IMG/VR virus record: IMGVR_UViG_3300007544_000177
Span: 1-36,998 of that record
Strand: one strand, 5' to 3'
DNA length: 36,998 bases
Source: a virus
Taxonomy: Duplodnaviria > Caudoviricetes
Position numbers and translations under genes: made by a program. Position 1 is the first letter of the stretch, and every line of letters begins with the position of its first letter. The notes beneath the pieces were generated by a model. That model was not told the DNA's origin and searched no databases. It was given only the letters and a program-made list of their open reading frames with translations. This document shows positions 1 through 9,637 of the stretch, one piece after another.

Positions 1-156
1 ATTGATTGGTCTGTTATAGCCGAAAGACAAGATACTGAAATATTAAAATCACCATTATATGATAGAAATGGTAAATATAAAACTGAAAATTATAAAGGTG
101 AATATTTGGAAGCAATGAGGTCGGAAAGATTTTTAAATTATAGTGGTTCAATATGA
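1..156 (+). CDS. 3' end of an upstream gene (partial, product unknown)
   Basis: Frame 1 is open from base 1 (IDWSVIAERQ...NYSGSI) to TGA at 154-156, overlapping the next ATG (ATGA coupling). Confidence 0.75.
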   Translation: MDWSVIAERQDTEILKSPLYDRNGKYKTENYKGEYLEAMRSERFLNYSGSI

Positions 157-1136
157 TAGTATTTATTACAACAGGTTACGGAAAAAATGTTATTGGTGGT
201 GCCGATATTTGGTGCAATAACTTTATAGAAAATGTATTACCATTAGTCAAAGAAGATTACAAAATTATAATTGATGGTAGGCCTTTGATTAGAGAAATTG
301 ATGCAATCTACACTTTTGGAAACGAAAAAGAAGTTGATAAAATATTAGATGAATGTGATAAGATTATTTTCTTACACCATTCTTACAAACCAAATCCTAT
401 CATTAAAAATTATTTACATAAAACATATCTTACATTTGTTCATGCGTTTATTCCTGATATGTTGGGTTTGAATTCTGATTATGAAAATATAATGACGAAA
501 TTAGATTGGGAATGGCAAAAAGAAATATTAGATAATTCAGACAATATAGTTTGGATAGGTTATGAAAAGGATACGATACATAAACAATACCCAAAAACAA
601 AAACCATTACAAATTATTATGAATGGAAACATAATAAACCATTTACAGGAATAATAACTAATAAAATTGGATATGCTGCAAGGTGTGAGACAAGAAAGAA
701 TGCACATTATTTAGATTACATTCCATCAATTATATTTTCAAACAAATATGATTACAAAAGAATGTTAGAGGGGTCAAAAACAAATTCGGACTATCATAGG
801 TTTATAGAATTTGATTACACATTTCATAACAAATTTTTTGAAAGTAATTTTCAAATATTTCATGGGTGTTATATAAAAGAACCATTTGGATATGCAATAT
901 TTGATGCGGTTGATAGTGGTAAAGTTCCAATTATACATACCGATTGGATGAAACACATTGATTACAAATATAGAGCAAGTAGTAAAGGAGAATTTCACCA
1001 AAGATATTTAGAATTACAAGAAGATGGATTTGAAAAAGTAAATTTAGAGTTTTGTAAATTAAAAAAAGGACTAGAAAAATACACTAACAAAGAAAAATGG
1101 GTTACACAAATATGCAGTTACTTAATGAAAAATTAA
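153..1136 (+). CDS. GT-B fold glycosyltransferase, GT4-like
   Basis: N-terminal 'GG' loop (NVIGGADIW) and C-terminal EPFGYAIFDAVDSGKVPII, which matches the GT4 E-x-F-G-x4-E/D-A-x3-G-x-P motif. Confidence 0.7.
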   Translation: MIVFITTGYGKNVIGGADIWCNNFIENVLPLVKEDYKIIIDGRPLIREIDAIYTFGNEKEVDKILDECDKIIFLHHSYKPNPIIKNYLHKTYLTFVHAFIPDMLGLNSDYENIMTKLDWEWQKEILDNSDNIVWIGYEKDTIHKQYPKTKTITNYYEWKHNKPFTGIITNKIGYAARCETRKNAHYLDYIPSIIFSNKYDYKRMLEGSKTNSDYHRFIEFDYTFHNKFFESNFQIFHGCYIKEPFGYAIFDAVDSGKVPIIHTDWMKHIDYKYRASSKGEFHQRYLELQEDGFEKVNLEFCKLKKGLEKYTNKEKWVTQICSYLMKN

Positions 1137-1870
1137 TAAAAGAACATCTTACCAATAATCATACAATTGAAGAAAATGGTGATATGAAATTGGAACCAGT
1201 TAAATATCGTTGGACACATGGTGCAACCGATTTACACTTAGGAGACGGACTTTTGGTATACTCTTTCATTCAATTTATTAGAGCAAAGGTATGCGTCTGT
1301 ATTGGGTCAGGAGGTGGATTTATACCTCGTCTTATGACACAAGCAAGAATGGATTTACACTCTCAAAATATATTTGAAGGAAAGTGCCAGCCAGAATGGG
1401 GTGATATCGGAACTACTATAATTATTGATGCAGCAAATGGTGTTGGAGGATTTACCGATTGGACAGAGGAAAATTCTTTTTTAAGAAAACATTTTCAACC
1501 ACAAGTTATATTGGAAACATCCGAAAGAGTATTCTATGATTATTTTGTAAGACAAGATATTAAAATAGATTACTTACATATTGACGGAGACCATTCATAC
1601 GAAGGAGTTAAAAAAGATTTTGAATTATATTCTACAATTATGTCTGAAAATGGAATTATTACCATTCACGACATAGACCAAAATTATCATGATACATTTG
1701 TAGTAACCGAAGATGCAAAGAAAGATTTTGTTCCTTTTGATGGCCCTGCAAAATATATTAAAGATTTAGAAAAAAATAGTGAGTGGAATTTGGTAAATCT
1801 AAAAAATTATCGTATGTTTGATAAAAAGGTTACCAGTACAGGTTTAACACTGTTAACTAGAAAAGCTTAA
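1097..1870 (+). CDS. Class I SAM-dependent methyltransferase (Methyltransf_24-like, probable sugar O-methyltransferase); true start may be ATG 1112
   Basis: CIGSGGG motif I; IDYLHIDGDHSYEGVKKDF and GIITIHD motifs typical of this family. Confidence 0.8.
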   Translation: MGYTNMQLLNEKLIKEHLTNNHTIEENGDMKLEPVKYRWTHGATDLHLGDGLLVYSFIQFIRAKVCVCIGSGGGFIPRLMTQARMDLHSQNIFEGKCQPEWGDIGTTIIIDAANGVGGFTDWTEENSFLRKHFQPQVILETSERVFYDYFVRQDIKIDYLHIDGDHSYEGVKKDFELYSTIMSENGIITIHDIDQNYHDTFVVTEDAKKDFVPFDGPAKYIKDLEKNSEWNLVNLKNYRMFDKKVTSTGLTLLTRKA

Positions 1871-1877
1871 AAAAAGA

Positions 1878-2726
1878 ATGAATAAAAAAATAAGATTAGT
1901 TACAGTAACAGGTTCACGAACGGATACATTGTGGCACATGCTGAATCATTATAAAGATTTGGTAGACGAAATGTATGTTGTAGTTTATGAGTGGGAAGGG
2001 TCAAGTACTTATAATGAAGTTTTAAAAATAACTAAACAATTTGATAAAGCTAAAATTATAGAAAGAGTAACAAAAGAAAAATTCAATTGGGAATATGTTA
2101 CTCAGTTATATAATGAAACAAAGATGTTATTTCCTGATGATTGGTGGATAGTTTCAGACGATGACGAGTTTCACATTTATTCAAAATCATTAAATGAGAT
2201 TATATCAGAATGTGAAAGAAATGGTTGGGAGTTAGTAAGAGGTGGGTTTATTGATAGAGTAGGACAAATTGGTGATTTCCCAAAGATAAATAAAAAAGAA
2301 AATATATTTGACCAATTTCCCGTTGCAGGATTTTTTAGATACCCAATGAGTGGTGCATGTCCTAATAAGGTATGTATAATGAAAGGTTATATAGAAATCA
2401 CACCAGGACAACATTACGCAAAAATAGATGGACACACTACATGGAGATGGCAAGGTTGGAATCACCCACTAATTGCACCTATTGAGGAATACAATGTTCA
2501 AGTACATCATTTTAAATGGGACTCCACTTGTATAGAAAGAATTAAACAGGTTGCGGATATTAAAAAAGACTACGCATCCTCATCCGAATATTTAAAAATG
2601 TATCAATCATTAAGAAGTAATAACTTTGAAATAGATGTTACAAATGGAGACTATATGTTTGAATATGTGGGAGACAATGATTATAAACAATGGGATAAAT
2701 TATTCAAAAAAATAATATCTATATAA
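1878..2726 (+). CDS. GT-A fold glycosyltransferase (GT2-like)
   Basis: MLNHY...VDEMYVVV N-terminus, DWWIVSDDDEF DxD motif, PGQH and VHHFKW downstream motifs. Confidence 0.7.
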   Translation: MNKKIRLVTVTGSRTDTLWHMLNHYKDLVDEMYVVVYEWEGSSTYNEVLKITKQFDKAKIIERVTKEKFNWEYVTQLYNETKMLFPDDWWIVSDDDEFHIYSKSLNEIISECERNGWELVRGGFIDRVGQIGDFPKINKKENIFDQFPVAGFFRYPMSGACPNKVCIMKGYIEITPGQHYAKIDGHTTWRWQGWNHPLIAPIEEYNVQVHHFKWDSTCIERIKQVADIKKDYASSSEYLKMYQSLRSNNFEIDVTNGDYMFEYVGDNDYKQWDKLFKKIISI

Positions 2727-2737
2727 TATAAAAGGTT

Positions 2738-4216
2738 ATGATTTCAGAAAAGTTAGCTATTATAGTTCCTTACCAAAATAGAGAGGAACAACTCTATAAG
2801 TTTTTAGGACATATGGATTGGTATTTAGGAGATAAATTCGAAAATTACACAATTTATATTGTAGAACAAGAATCTCCAACACTATTTAATTATGGAGCAT
2901 TATGTAATGCTGCAGTAGACATTTTAAAAGATGAGGGGTATTCATATTTTATATTTCACGATATAGATTTACTACCACAAGAAGGTTGTGATTATTCAAA
3001 TTTAAACATCCAATATCCTACACACATCTCATCTAAAATTTTAGATATCCATAAATTAAAACCATATCCACATTATACTGGCGGTGTATTTAAAATATCC
3101 AAAGAACATTTTGAAAAAATAAATGGATTTAGTAATGATTATTGGGGCGGCGGATTTGAATATTTAGATTTACTTTATAGAATAAATAAAGTAATTCCTG
3201 ATAATTTACCTATAATAAAATTCTTTAATAAAGATATTTTTGAATATCATAGATTTATTGATATAGTTGAAGTTGACTCTGAAATTAAAAAGAAAATAAA
3301 TTCCTTTATTTGCTCAAATGGTAATAGTCTATTTATTCAACCAAATACAAAATTGGACTATGTATTTTCGGATTCGTTTACCGTATCTTTTGATATTTTT
3401 GTTGATGATGACCAATCGGAAGATGGGTGTATTGTTGGCAAAGAAGGATACGATTCAGGAGTATTCATTAAAAATAATGAAGCAATAGTTTTTCAACATT
3501 GGACAGAAGATGGAGAAATAATACAAATATGGAATGATAATTCTATTCTAAAAAATAAATGGACAAATGTTACAATCAAATTAAGTACATCTAATGGTAT
3601 TGCATCTATGTATTTTGATGGAAAATTAGTTAATGAAACATTTTATGATAATACAAAAAATTTAATGGATTTTTCTCAAAAAAATCTATGGATAGGTTCT
3701 TTATCTTTGAGAAATAGATTTAAAGGAAAAATTAGTAATTTATGTATTTTTGATTACGATTTGACTCAAACTGAAATAGAAATGTTGTATAGCAATAATT
3801 ATGATTCATCATTAACAACATTTACACCAATTTTAAATATACCATTTAGTAAATCGGTAGGCCAATTTTTTATTGATACTCAGGAATTTAAAAGTAATGC
3901 TAGAATTATTAAAATGGACAATTCGGTGCAAGGAAACGAAGAAGAACAAAAGTATTCATATAAAATAAAAATGCCTTCCGAAGATTTTGGAAAATATAAA
4001 ATTTTGGAAAATTCAAATAAATTCACTATATTAGAGAAGTATTATTGGGAGGAAAAAGATGATAATATGATTGAAAATGAAAAAATACTTTTCTATGAAA
4101 CAACTAAACAAAAAACAAATTCTTTTAAATTTGGTTTAAGTTCTATAAAGTATAAATTAAAAACAAAACAAACTATAAACAATCATTCGGAAAAATTAAT
4201 ATTAAAATTGAAATAA
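2738..4216 (+). CDS. GT7-like protein with inserted LamG/ConA domain; catalytic motifs degenerate
   Basis: LAIIVPYQNREEQL, FIFHDIDLLP and INGFSNDYW are present, but WGGGFEYLD replaces WGWGxEDDD. LamG motifs FTVSF, WTNV, MYFDGK, LWIGS, FKGKISNL. Confidence 0.8.
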   Translation: MISEKLAIIVPYQNREEQLYKFLGHMDWYLGDKFENYTIYIVEQESPTLFNYGALCNAAVDILKDEGYSYFIFHDIDLLPQEGCDYSNLNIQYPTHISSKILDIHKLKPYPHYTGGVFKISKEHFEKINGFSNDYWGGGFEYLDLLYRINKVIPDNLPIIKFFNKDIFEYHRFIDIVEVDSEIKKKINSFICSNGNSLFIQPNTKLDYVFSDSFTVSFDIFVDDDQSEDGCIVGKEGYDSGVFIKNNEAIVFQHWTEDGEIIQIWNDNSILKNKWTNVTIKLSTSNGIASMYFDGKLVNETFYDNTKNLMDFSQKNLWIGSLSLRNRFKGKISNLCIFDYDLTQTEIEMLYSNNYDSSLTTFTPILNIPFSKSVGQFFIDTQEFKSNARIIKMDNSVQGNEEEQKYSYKIKMPSEDFGKYKILENSNKFTILEKYYWEEKDDNMIENEKILFYETTKQKTNSFKFGLSSIKYKLKTKQTINNHSEKLILKLK

Positions 4217-4217
4217 A

Positions 4218-4517
4218 ATGGCAACATCAACAACAAAAAAATCAGTAGAAACACAAGAAACTACTCAATCGGAATCTCTTCTTTTAGAACAAAGAAAAGT
4301 CAAAGCTTTAGAAAAAATATCTAACTCATTAGATGCATTGACGGTTTGGTTTGAAGAAATTGAAAAACAAGATTGGAGTGATAGATTACAATACTATCTA
4401 TATGAGTTTCATAACAACTCAAAAGCAATTGCGGATAATTTAGAAGCTTTAACAACTTCAACACCAGCAGCGGTAAAAGAAATAGTAGGTAGACCTAAAA
4501 AAGATTCTGAAAAATAA
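4218..4517 (+). CDS. Hypothetical protein (99 aa, helical)
   Basis: Fills the gap between two GT7 genes, with stop/start coupling to the next gene; no recognisable motif. Confidence 0.7.
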   Translation: MATSTTKKSVETQETTQSESLLLEQRKVKALEKISNSLDALTVWFEEIEKQDWSDRLQYYLYEFHNNSKAIADNLEALTTSTPAAVKEIVGRPKKDSEK

Positions 4518-5980
4518 TGAAACTAGGATTAGTAGTTCCATATAAAAAAAGAGAATCTCAACTAAAATTATTCAAAAAAGAAATAACTGAATTTTTAAAT
4601 TCAAAAAATATTGATTTTGAATTAATAATAGTTGAGCAAGCAGATGACAAACCATTTAATAGAGGAAAGTTATTAAATATTGGATTTGATAATGCTAAAA
4701 AATTGGGATGTGATTATGTCGTATTTCACGATGTAGATATGCTACCTATAAAAGCAGATTATTCATATCCGAACCATCCTGTACACTTAGCTACTAATTT
4801 TGAATTTAATCCAAATGTTAAGAGAATTATATTTGATGAATATTTTGGAGGAGTAACTATGTTTCCTATTGAGGATTTTGAAAGAATAAATGGATACTCT
4901 AATGAGTATTGGGGATGGGGGTTTGAAGATGATGATTTATTATATAGATGTAAAAAATATAATATAGGTTGTGAAAAAAAATCTATTCCAAAAAATATCA
5001 TTAATAAAAAAGGAATGTATTTTAATGGAAAAAGTTCATTTATTGAATGTAATAAATTAAGAGAAATTTTTGATTTTGAAACCAATAAAACAATCAGCGT
5101 TTCATTTAAATCAGATGATATTGTATTAAATCCAAATAAAGAATATGATGACTTTACTATATTTTCAATTCCTGGATACGATTTAAATATAACATACAAT
5201 TCATTTAAAAGATATAAAGTAGAAGCTTGGTCAGAAAAATTGCAACCTCAATCTATAACAACTGATATTACTACAAACATATACACTACAATTGTTTTTT
5301 GTTTAGATTTTAAAAACAAAAAAATATCAATGTATCAAGATGGAAAATTTGTAGAAGAAAAACAAATCGGTTTTCATCATTTAGAAGATGGTATAGAAAA
5401 ATTTAGATTAGCAAACATATATAGTCACCCAGATGAAGAATCATTTTATATTGGATGTGGAAACCCAATAAGAATGGAAAATCCAAACTTTTTTAAAGGA
5501 ACTATAACGGATTTTGCAATATATGACGGAATACTTTCTGATTTGGAAATTCAAACATTGAATGACAATACATTAATACCATTGACAACTAATTTTAAAA
5601 AGTATAAATCAGCTGAAAAATTATTATGTTATTATGATTTTAATTTAATTAGAAATGAAATCTTGTTTGATTTATCTATGAATGGAAATGATGGTATTAT
5701 AAATAATTGTCATTTAGTAGAAATTCAAAATATAAAAGAAGAAGAAATTATAATTCCTAAAAGAAGGAAATCACTATTCAAACTAATACCTCACAAAGAA
5801 AATGGGTATGTAGATGGTGTTTGGAAAGAAAAAGGAACAAGAATAAATCAAATAAAATTCTTTAGTAATATTGCAAATGATATTTTGGAAAATGAAAAAG
5901 ATGGATTAAGCACTTGTAAGTATAGAGAATTGACAAGTGTATCGGAGGGTAATTATCATTTTATATCAGTATTATTATAA
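4517..5980 (+). CDS. GT7 galactosyltransferase-like enzyme with inserted LamG domain
   Basis: VVPYKKRE, FNRGKLLNIG, VFHDVDMLP, YFGGV, INGYSNEYWGWGFEDDDL; then LamG (YFNG...MYQDGK...YIGC...FKGTI); then the GT7 tail (LFKLIPH...DGLSTCKY). Confidence 0.85.
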   Translation: MKLGLVVPYKKRESQLKLFKKEITEFLNSKNIDFELIIVEQADDKPFNRGKLLNIGFDNAKKLGCDYVVFHDVDMLPIKADYSYPNHPVHLATNFEFNPNVKRIIFDEYFGGVTMFPIEDFERINGYSNEYWGWGFEDDDLLYRCKKYNIGCEKKSIPKNIINKKGMYFNGKSSFIECNKLREIFDFETNKTISVSFKSDDIVLNPNKEYDDFTIFSIPGYDLNITYNSFKRYKVEAWSEKLQPQSITTDITTNIYTTIVFCLDFKNKKISMYQDGKFVEEKQIGFHHLEDGIEKFRLANIYSHPDEESFYIGCGNPIRMENPNFFKGTITDFAIYDGILSDLEIQTLNDNTLIPLTTNFKKYKSAEKLLCYYDFNLIRNEILFDLSMNGNDGIINNCHLVEIQNIKEEEIIIPKRRKSLFKLIPHKENGYVDGVWKEKGTRINQIKFFSNIANDILENEKDGLSTCKYRELTSVSEGNYHFISVLL

Positions 5981-7440
5981 TGAAATTAGGAGTTTGCGTA
6001 CCATATAGAAATAGAGAAGAACATATGAATAAGTTCGTTCCTCACATTCATAAATTTTTAAATGATAGAGGAATTGAACATGCTATCTATTTAGGACATC
6101 AATGTGATGATAAATTATTCAATAGAGGGTTAATGAAAAATGTAGCTGCAAAGGCTGCATTTGATGATGGGTGTGATTACATAGTATGGCATGATATTGA
6201 TATGGTACCAGAAGATGATAGTTGTGATTATTCATTTCCAACCGACGCACCTCAACACATTGCAGTTCGTATTTCTCAATCGGATTATATGTTAAAATAT
6301 GAAGAATATTTTGGTGGTGCTGTTTTATTTAGTAGAGAGCAAGTAGAAAAAACTAATGGTTACTCAAATGATTATTGGGATTGGGGTATGGAAGATGATG
6401 ACCTATTTTGGAGATGTCAATTAGAAGGATATACTGACAAAAAATATATAGATGAACCTAAAATTGAAAATGTAGCTAAATATAATGGAATTGATTCGGT
6501 TACACAATTATTACCATCATCTCAATTAAGAGGATGTTTAAATGAAAATCATACAATTTCAATATTAGTAAAAGCAGAACAACAAATAGAAAAAGCACCA
6601 ATTTATTTAATAGGAGATAATGAAAGAATATTCGTAGAGTATCCAATATTTAGAAAACCAGGATTTGATTGGGGTATTTCTTTTAATAATAGTAGAGCAT
6701 ATACTTCTATGATGTGGGATTCCAAAAAGAATCACATATATCAATGGATGAAACGATATGAAGGTGAATGGACTTGGGTAACCATGTCAGTCGATGTAAA
6801 GAATAAAAAAATGCATCTTTATTTAAATGGAAACGAAAGTGATGCGAGAAATGGAACAGGAACACAATCTCCAATTGATTATGAAAATGATTTAAAAAGA
6901 TATGGTGCAGAACCATTTTATATAGGACATACACCATCTTGGGAAAACGGAAATCCTAATAAATGGTTCAAAGGATTTGTTTCTAAAATAAAAATGTGGA
7001 ATAAATGTTTAACACAAGAAGAAATAATAGATTCATTAAATAAAGATTCTAATAATAAACATTTTATTTTAAATTTAAATTTTAATAAAGTTATAAAAGA
7101 TAATTCATATTTGATGCATAAAACTTTTTCTAAAAATGTAGAATTTGTTGAGCAAGAAATAAAAATACCATCAACATCGTTACCACATAGAAGAGATGGT
7201 AAATTTTTATGTTTACCACATCAAACAGAAGGATTGATTAGTGTAGGTGGTATAGATAAGTGGGCAAAAGGTGAAACAACCGCTGCAAATGAAAGAAGAT
7301 ATATTTTACAAATGCAACAAGGTGAAATAAATTACAAAAATGATGGTATGAGTAATTTAAAAGAAAAATATCAATATTTAAATAAAGAAAATATTTTAGG
7401 AATCGACAACGCTTTCCTAATAAATGTAAAATGTAAATAA
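5980..7440 (+). CDS. GT7 galactosyltransferase-like enzyme with inserted LamG domain
   Basis: VPYRNREEH, FNRGLMKN, VWHDIDMVP, YFGGA, NGYSNDYWDWGMEDDDL; LamG (WTWV...LYLNG...FYIG...FKGFV); GT7 tail (GKFLCLPH...DGMSNL). Confidence 0.85.
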   Translation: MKLGVCVPYRNREEHMNKFVPHIHKFLNDRGIEHAIYLGHQCDDKLFNRGLMKNVAAKAAFDDGCDYIVWHDIDMVPEDDSCDYSFPTDAPQHIAVRISQSDYMLKYEEYFGGAVLFSREQVEKTNGYSNDYWDWGMEDDDLFWRCQLEGYTDKKYIDEPKIENVAKYNGIDSVTQLLPSSQLRGCLNENHTISILVKAEQQIEKAPIYLIGDNERIFVEYPIFRKPGFDWGISFNNSRAYTSMMWDSKKNHIYQWMKRYEGEWTWVTMSVDVKNKKMHLYLNGNESDARNGTGTQSPIDYENDLKRYGAEPFYIGHTPSWENGNPNKWFKGFVSKIKMWNKCLTQEEIIDSLNKDSNNKHFILNLNFNKVIKDNSYLMHKTFSKNVEFVEQEIKIPSTSLPHRRDGKFLCLPHQTEGLISVGGIDKWAKGETTAANERRYILQMQQGEINYKNDGMSNLKEKYQYLNKENILGIDNAFLINVKCK

Positions 7441-7441
7441 T

Positions 7442-8866
7442 ATGGCAGAAAAATACAAAATGGATTTGGAAAAACAAAATCCACTATATGTTGGTATAAA
7501 AAATGAATTAGATTCTGTTGGACCTGGAATGTGTTTAGCAAAATGGACACAAGTAACTTTGTCGTTACAAATTGGTCACAATCACTCTTGTCACCACCCA
7601 CGTACACACGCCATATCAACAGCAGAAATTGCACGAAACCCATCGGCACTTCACAATACAAGATATAAAAAACTTCGTAGAAAAGAAATGTTACAAGGTA
7701 CTAGACCTGAAGAATGTGACTATTGTTGGGGAGTTGAAGACAACTCTGATTTATTTTCAGATAGAATTTTTAAATCATCCGAAGATTGGTCTAGACCATA
7801 TATGCAAGAAATTAAAGCATTGGATTGGAGAGACGATTACAATCCAAAATATGTAGAAGTTGCATTTAGTAATGCTTGTAATTTTAAATGCTCATATTGT
7901 TCACCTGCATATTCATCACAATGGATGGAAGAAATACAAGAACATGGTGCATATCCAACTCTAGATAGATTTAATGACTTACAATATTTGGTCGATGAAC
8001 ATAAGATGCCTTTAAAACATTCGGAATTAAATCCATACACCGAAGCATTTTGGAAATGGTGGCCAGATTTATATAAAGACTTAAATACTTTTAGAATAAC
8101 GGGTGGAGAACCTTTGTTATCAAAAGATACTTGGGGAGTATTGGATTATATTATTGAAAACCCAAATCCAAATAGAGAATTAAAATTAGCAATAAATTCA
8201 AATTTAGGAGCTCCAGATGCATTGATTGATAAATTAATTGAAAAAATCAAAAAAATTGAAGATGGAAATAGAGTAAAACAATTGGTAATATTTACATCGG
8301 TTGATACTTGGGGAGAACAGGCAGAATATATTAGACATGGTTTAGAATTCAATAGATTCTGGGATAATGTAAATAAAATTATGAGTCAATGCCCGAGAGT
8401 TATTATAACATTCATGTCTACTTATAACGCTTTAAGTTTATTTAATTATAACAAATTAATTAAAGAAGTTTATAATTTAAAAGACATGTATGGTAGTTAC
8501 GATAGATATTGGAATTCTGCTGTATTTTTAGATTCATCATATTTGAGATACCCAAATCATCAGACGGTTCAAGTATTACCATATGAATTTTCTAAAAAAA
8601 TATTAGAACAAACGAAACTAATTACATACTACGCTATTCCACTCTTTGACCCAAAATATATTGGATTTTCTGATATAGAAGTTCAAAAATTAAAAAGAAT
8701 CCATGATTGGATGATTGCACCACAAGACCCAACAAAACAAATGAAAAATAGACATGGGTTTTATCAATTTTTTAGTGAACATGATAAAAGAAGAGGAACC
8801 AATTTTGCAAAAACATTCCCAGAATTAGAAGAATTTTATAATTTTTGTGGAACAATTAAAATATAA
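7442..8866 (+). CDS. Radical SAM protein with N-terminal Cys-rich (twitch/SPASM-like) domain
   Basis: CNFKCSYC (CxxxCxxC), TGGEPLL, N-terminal CLAKW...SCHH...ECDYCW. Confidence 0.85.
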   Translation: MAEKYKMDLEKQNPLYVGIKNELDSVGPGMCLAKWTQVTLSLQIGHNHSCHHPRTHAISTAEIARNPSALHNTRYKKLRRKEMLQGTRPEECDYCWGVEDNSDLFSDRIFKSSEDWSRPYMQEIKALDWRDDYNPKYVEVAFSNACNFKCSYCSPAYSSQWMEEIQEHGAYPTLDRFNDLQYLVDEHKMPLKHSELNPYTEAFWKWWPDLYKDLNTFRITGGEPLLSKDTWGVLDYIIENPNPNRELKLAINSNLGAPDALIDKLIEKIKKIEDGNRVKQLVIFTSVDTWGEQAEYIRHGLEFNRFWDNVNKIMSQCPRVIITFMSTYNALSLFNYNKLIKEVYNLKDMYGSYDRYWNSAVFLDSSYLRYPNHQTVQVLPYEFSKKILEQTKLITYYAIPLFDPKYIGFSDIEVQKLKRIHDWMIAPQDPTKQMKNRHGFYQFFSEHDKRRGTNFAKTFPELEEFYNFCGTIKI

Positions 8867-8871
8867 TTAAA

Positions 8872-9636
8872 ATGAGTTTATTTGTAAGATACGCTGAACC
8901 TTGGATAGTTTTACCAGAAAGTAGGTATGATATTAGTGATAGAAAGATTGACAAATATATGGATGAAGATTTTTCATTATATATGAGAGTTAAAATATTT
9001 CCGGATAGAATGATTCCAAATGAAGAAGGTTTTGCATTTGCAAGAAGTGGTAAACATTCTGGTATATCTTTTGTTAAATTTATTGACCAAAATGAAAATG
9101 AAATTATAACATTAATGTTTACATATTGGTTTAAAGATAGTACATTTGTCCAAATAACGAAAAATTTGACAAGAGAGGAAGCTAATGAATTTGTAGAAAT
9201 TGCAGTTATAAATGATGATTTAAATAAAAAATCATTCTCTTTGTATGTAAATGGTGAACACATTGATACCAAAGAATATCACAATGAAAAACAATTATAT
9301 AAGTTTGGTGAAATGGGTGGTGGTGGATTTTACCAATTTGGTAATGGAAATTTTGAAGTACCATCTATCGCAATGTATTTAGAATGTGAATTTGATATGA
9401 TTTTTTTATTTAAAAAAGAATTATCATATGAAGAAATAATTGGTTTATCTGAAAATTACAAAAATTATTTAGAACCCTTTTTGGAAGAATTGGTAGTATT
9501 GAACAAAGACTTTCCACATAGAAAAGATTTAGCATTTTTCTTAGATTTTAAAAATAAAAACAGATATAAAGTTTGGGAATTGTCTCATAATGGAAATTAT
9601 TTATCAAAAGCAAATTTAGAAAATTTATTCTTTTAA
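8872..9636 (+). CDS. Stand-alone divergent LamG/ConA-like protein
   Basis: DFSLYMRVK, SLYVNGE, FGNG and terminal 'FFLDF...ELSHNGNY' resemble the LamG inserts of the neighbouring GT7 genes. Confidence 0.5.
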   Translation: MSLFVRYAEPWIVLPESRYDISDRKIDKYMDEDFSLYMRVKIFPDRMIPNEEGFAFARSGKHSGISFVKFIDQNENEIITLMFTYWFKDSTFVQITKNLTREEANEFVEIAVINDDLNKKSFSLYVNGEHIDTKEYHNEKQLYKFGEMGGGGFYQFGNGNFEVPSIAMYLECEFDMIFLFKKELSYEEIIGLSENYKNYLEPFLEELVVLNKDFPHRKDLAFFLDFKNKNRYKVWELSHNGNYLSKANLENLFF

Positions 9637-9637
9637 T

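Noticed and set aside
7572-7856. Alternative-frame + strand ORFs (7572..7856 and 23319..23528)
   Set aside because: Nested within motif-bearing genes; no independent support.
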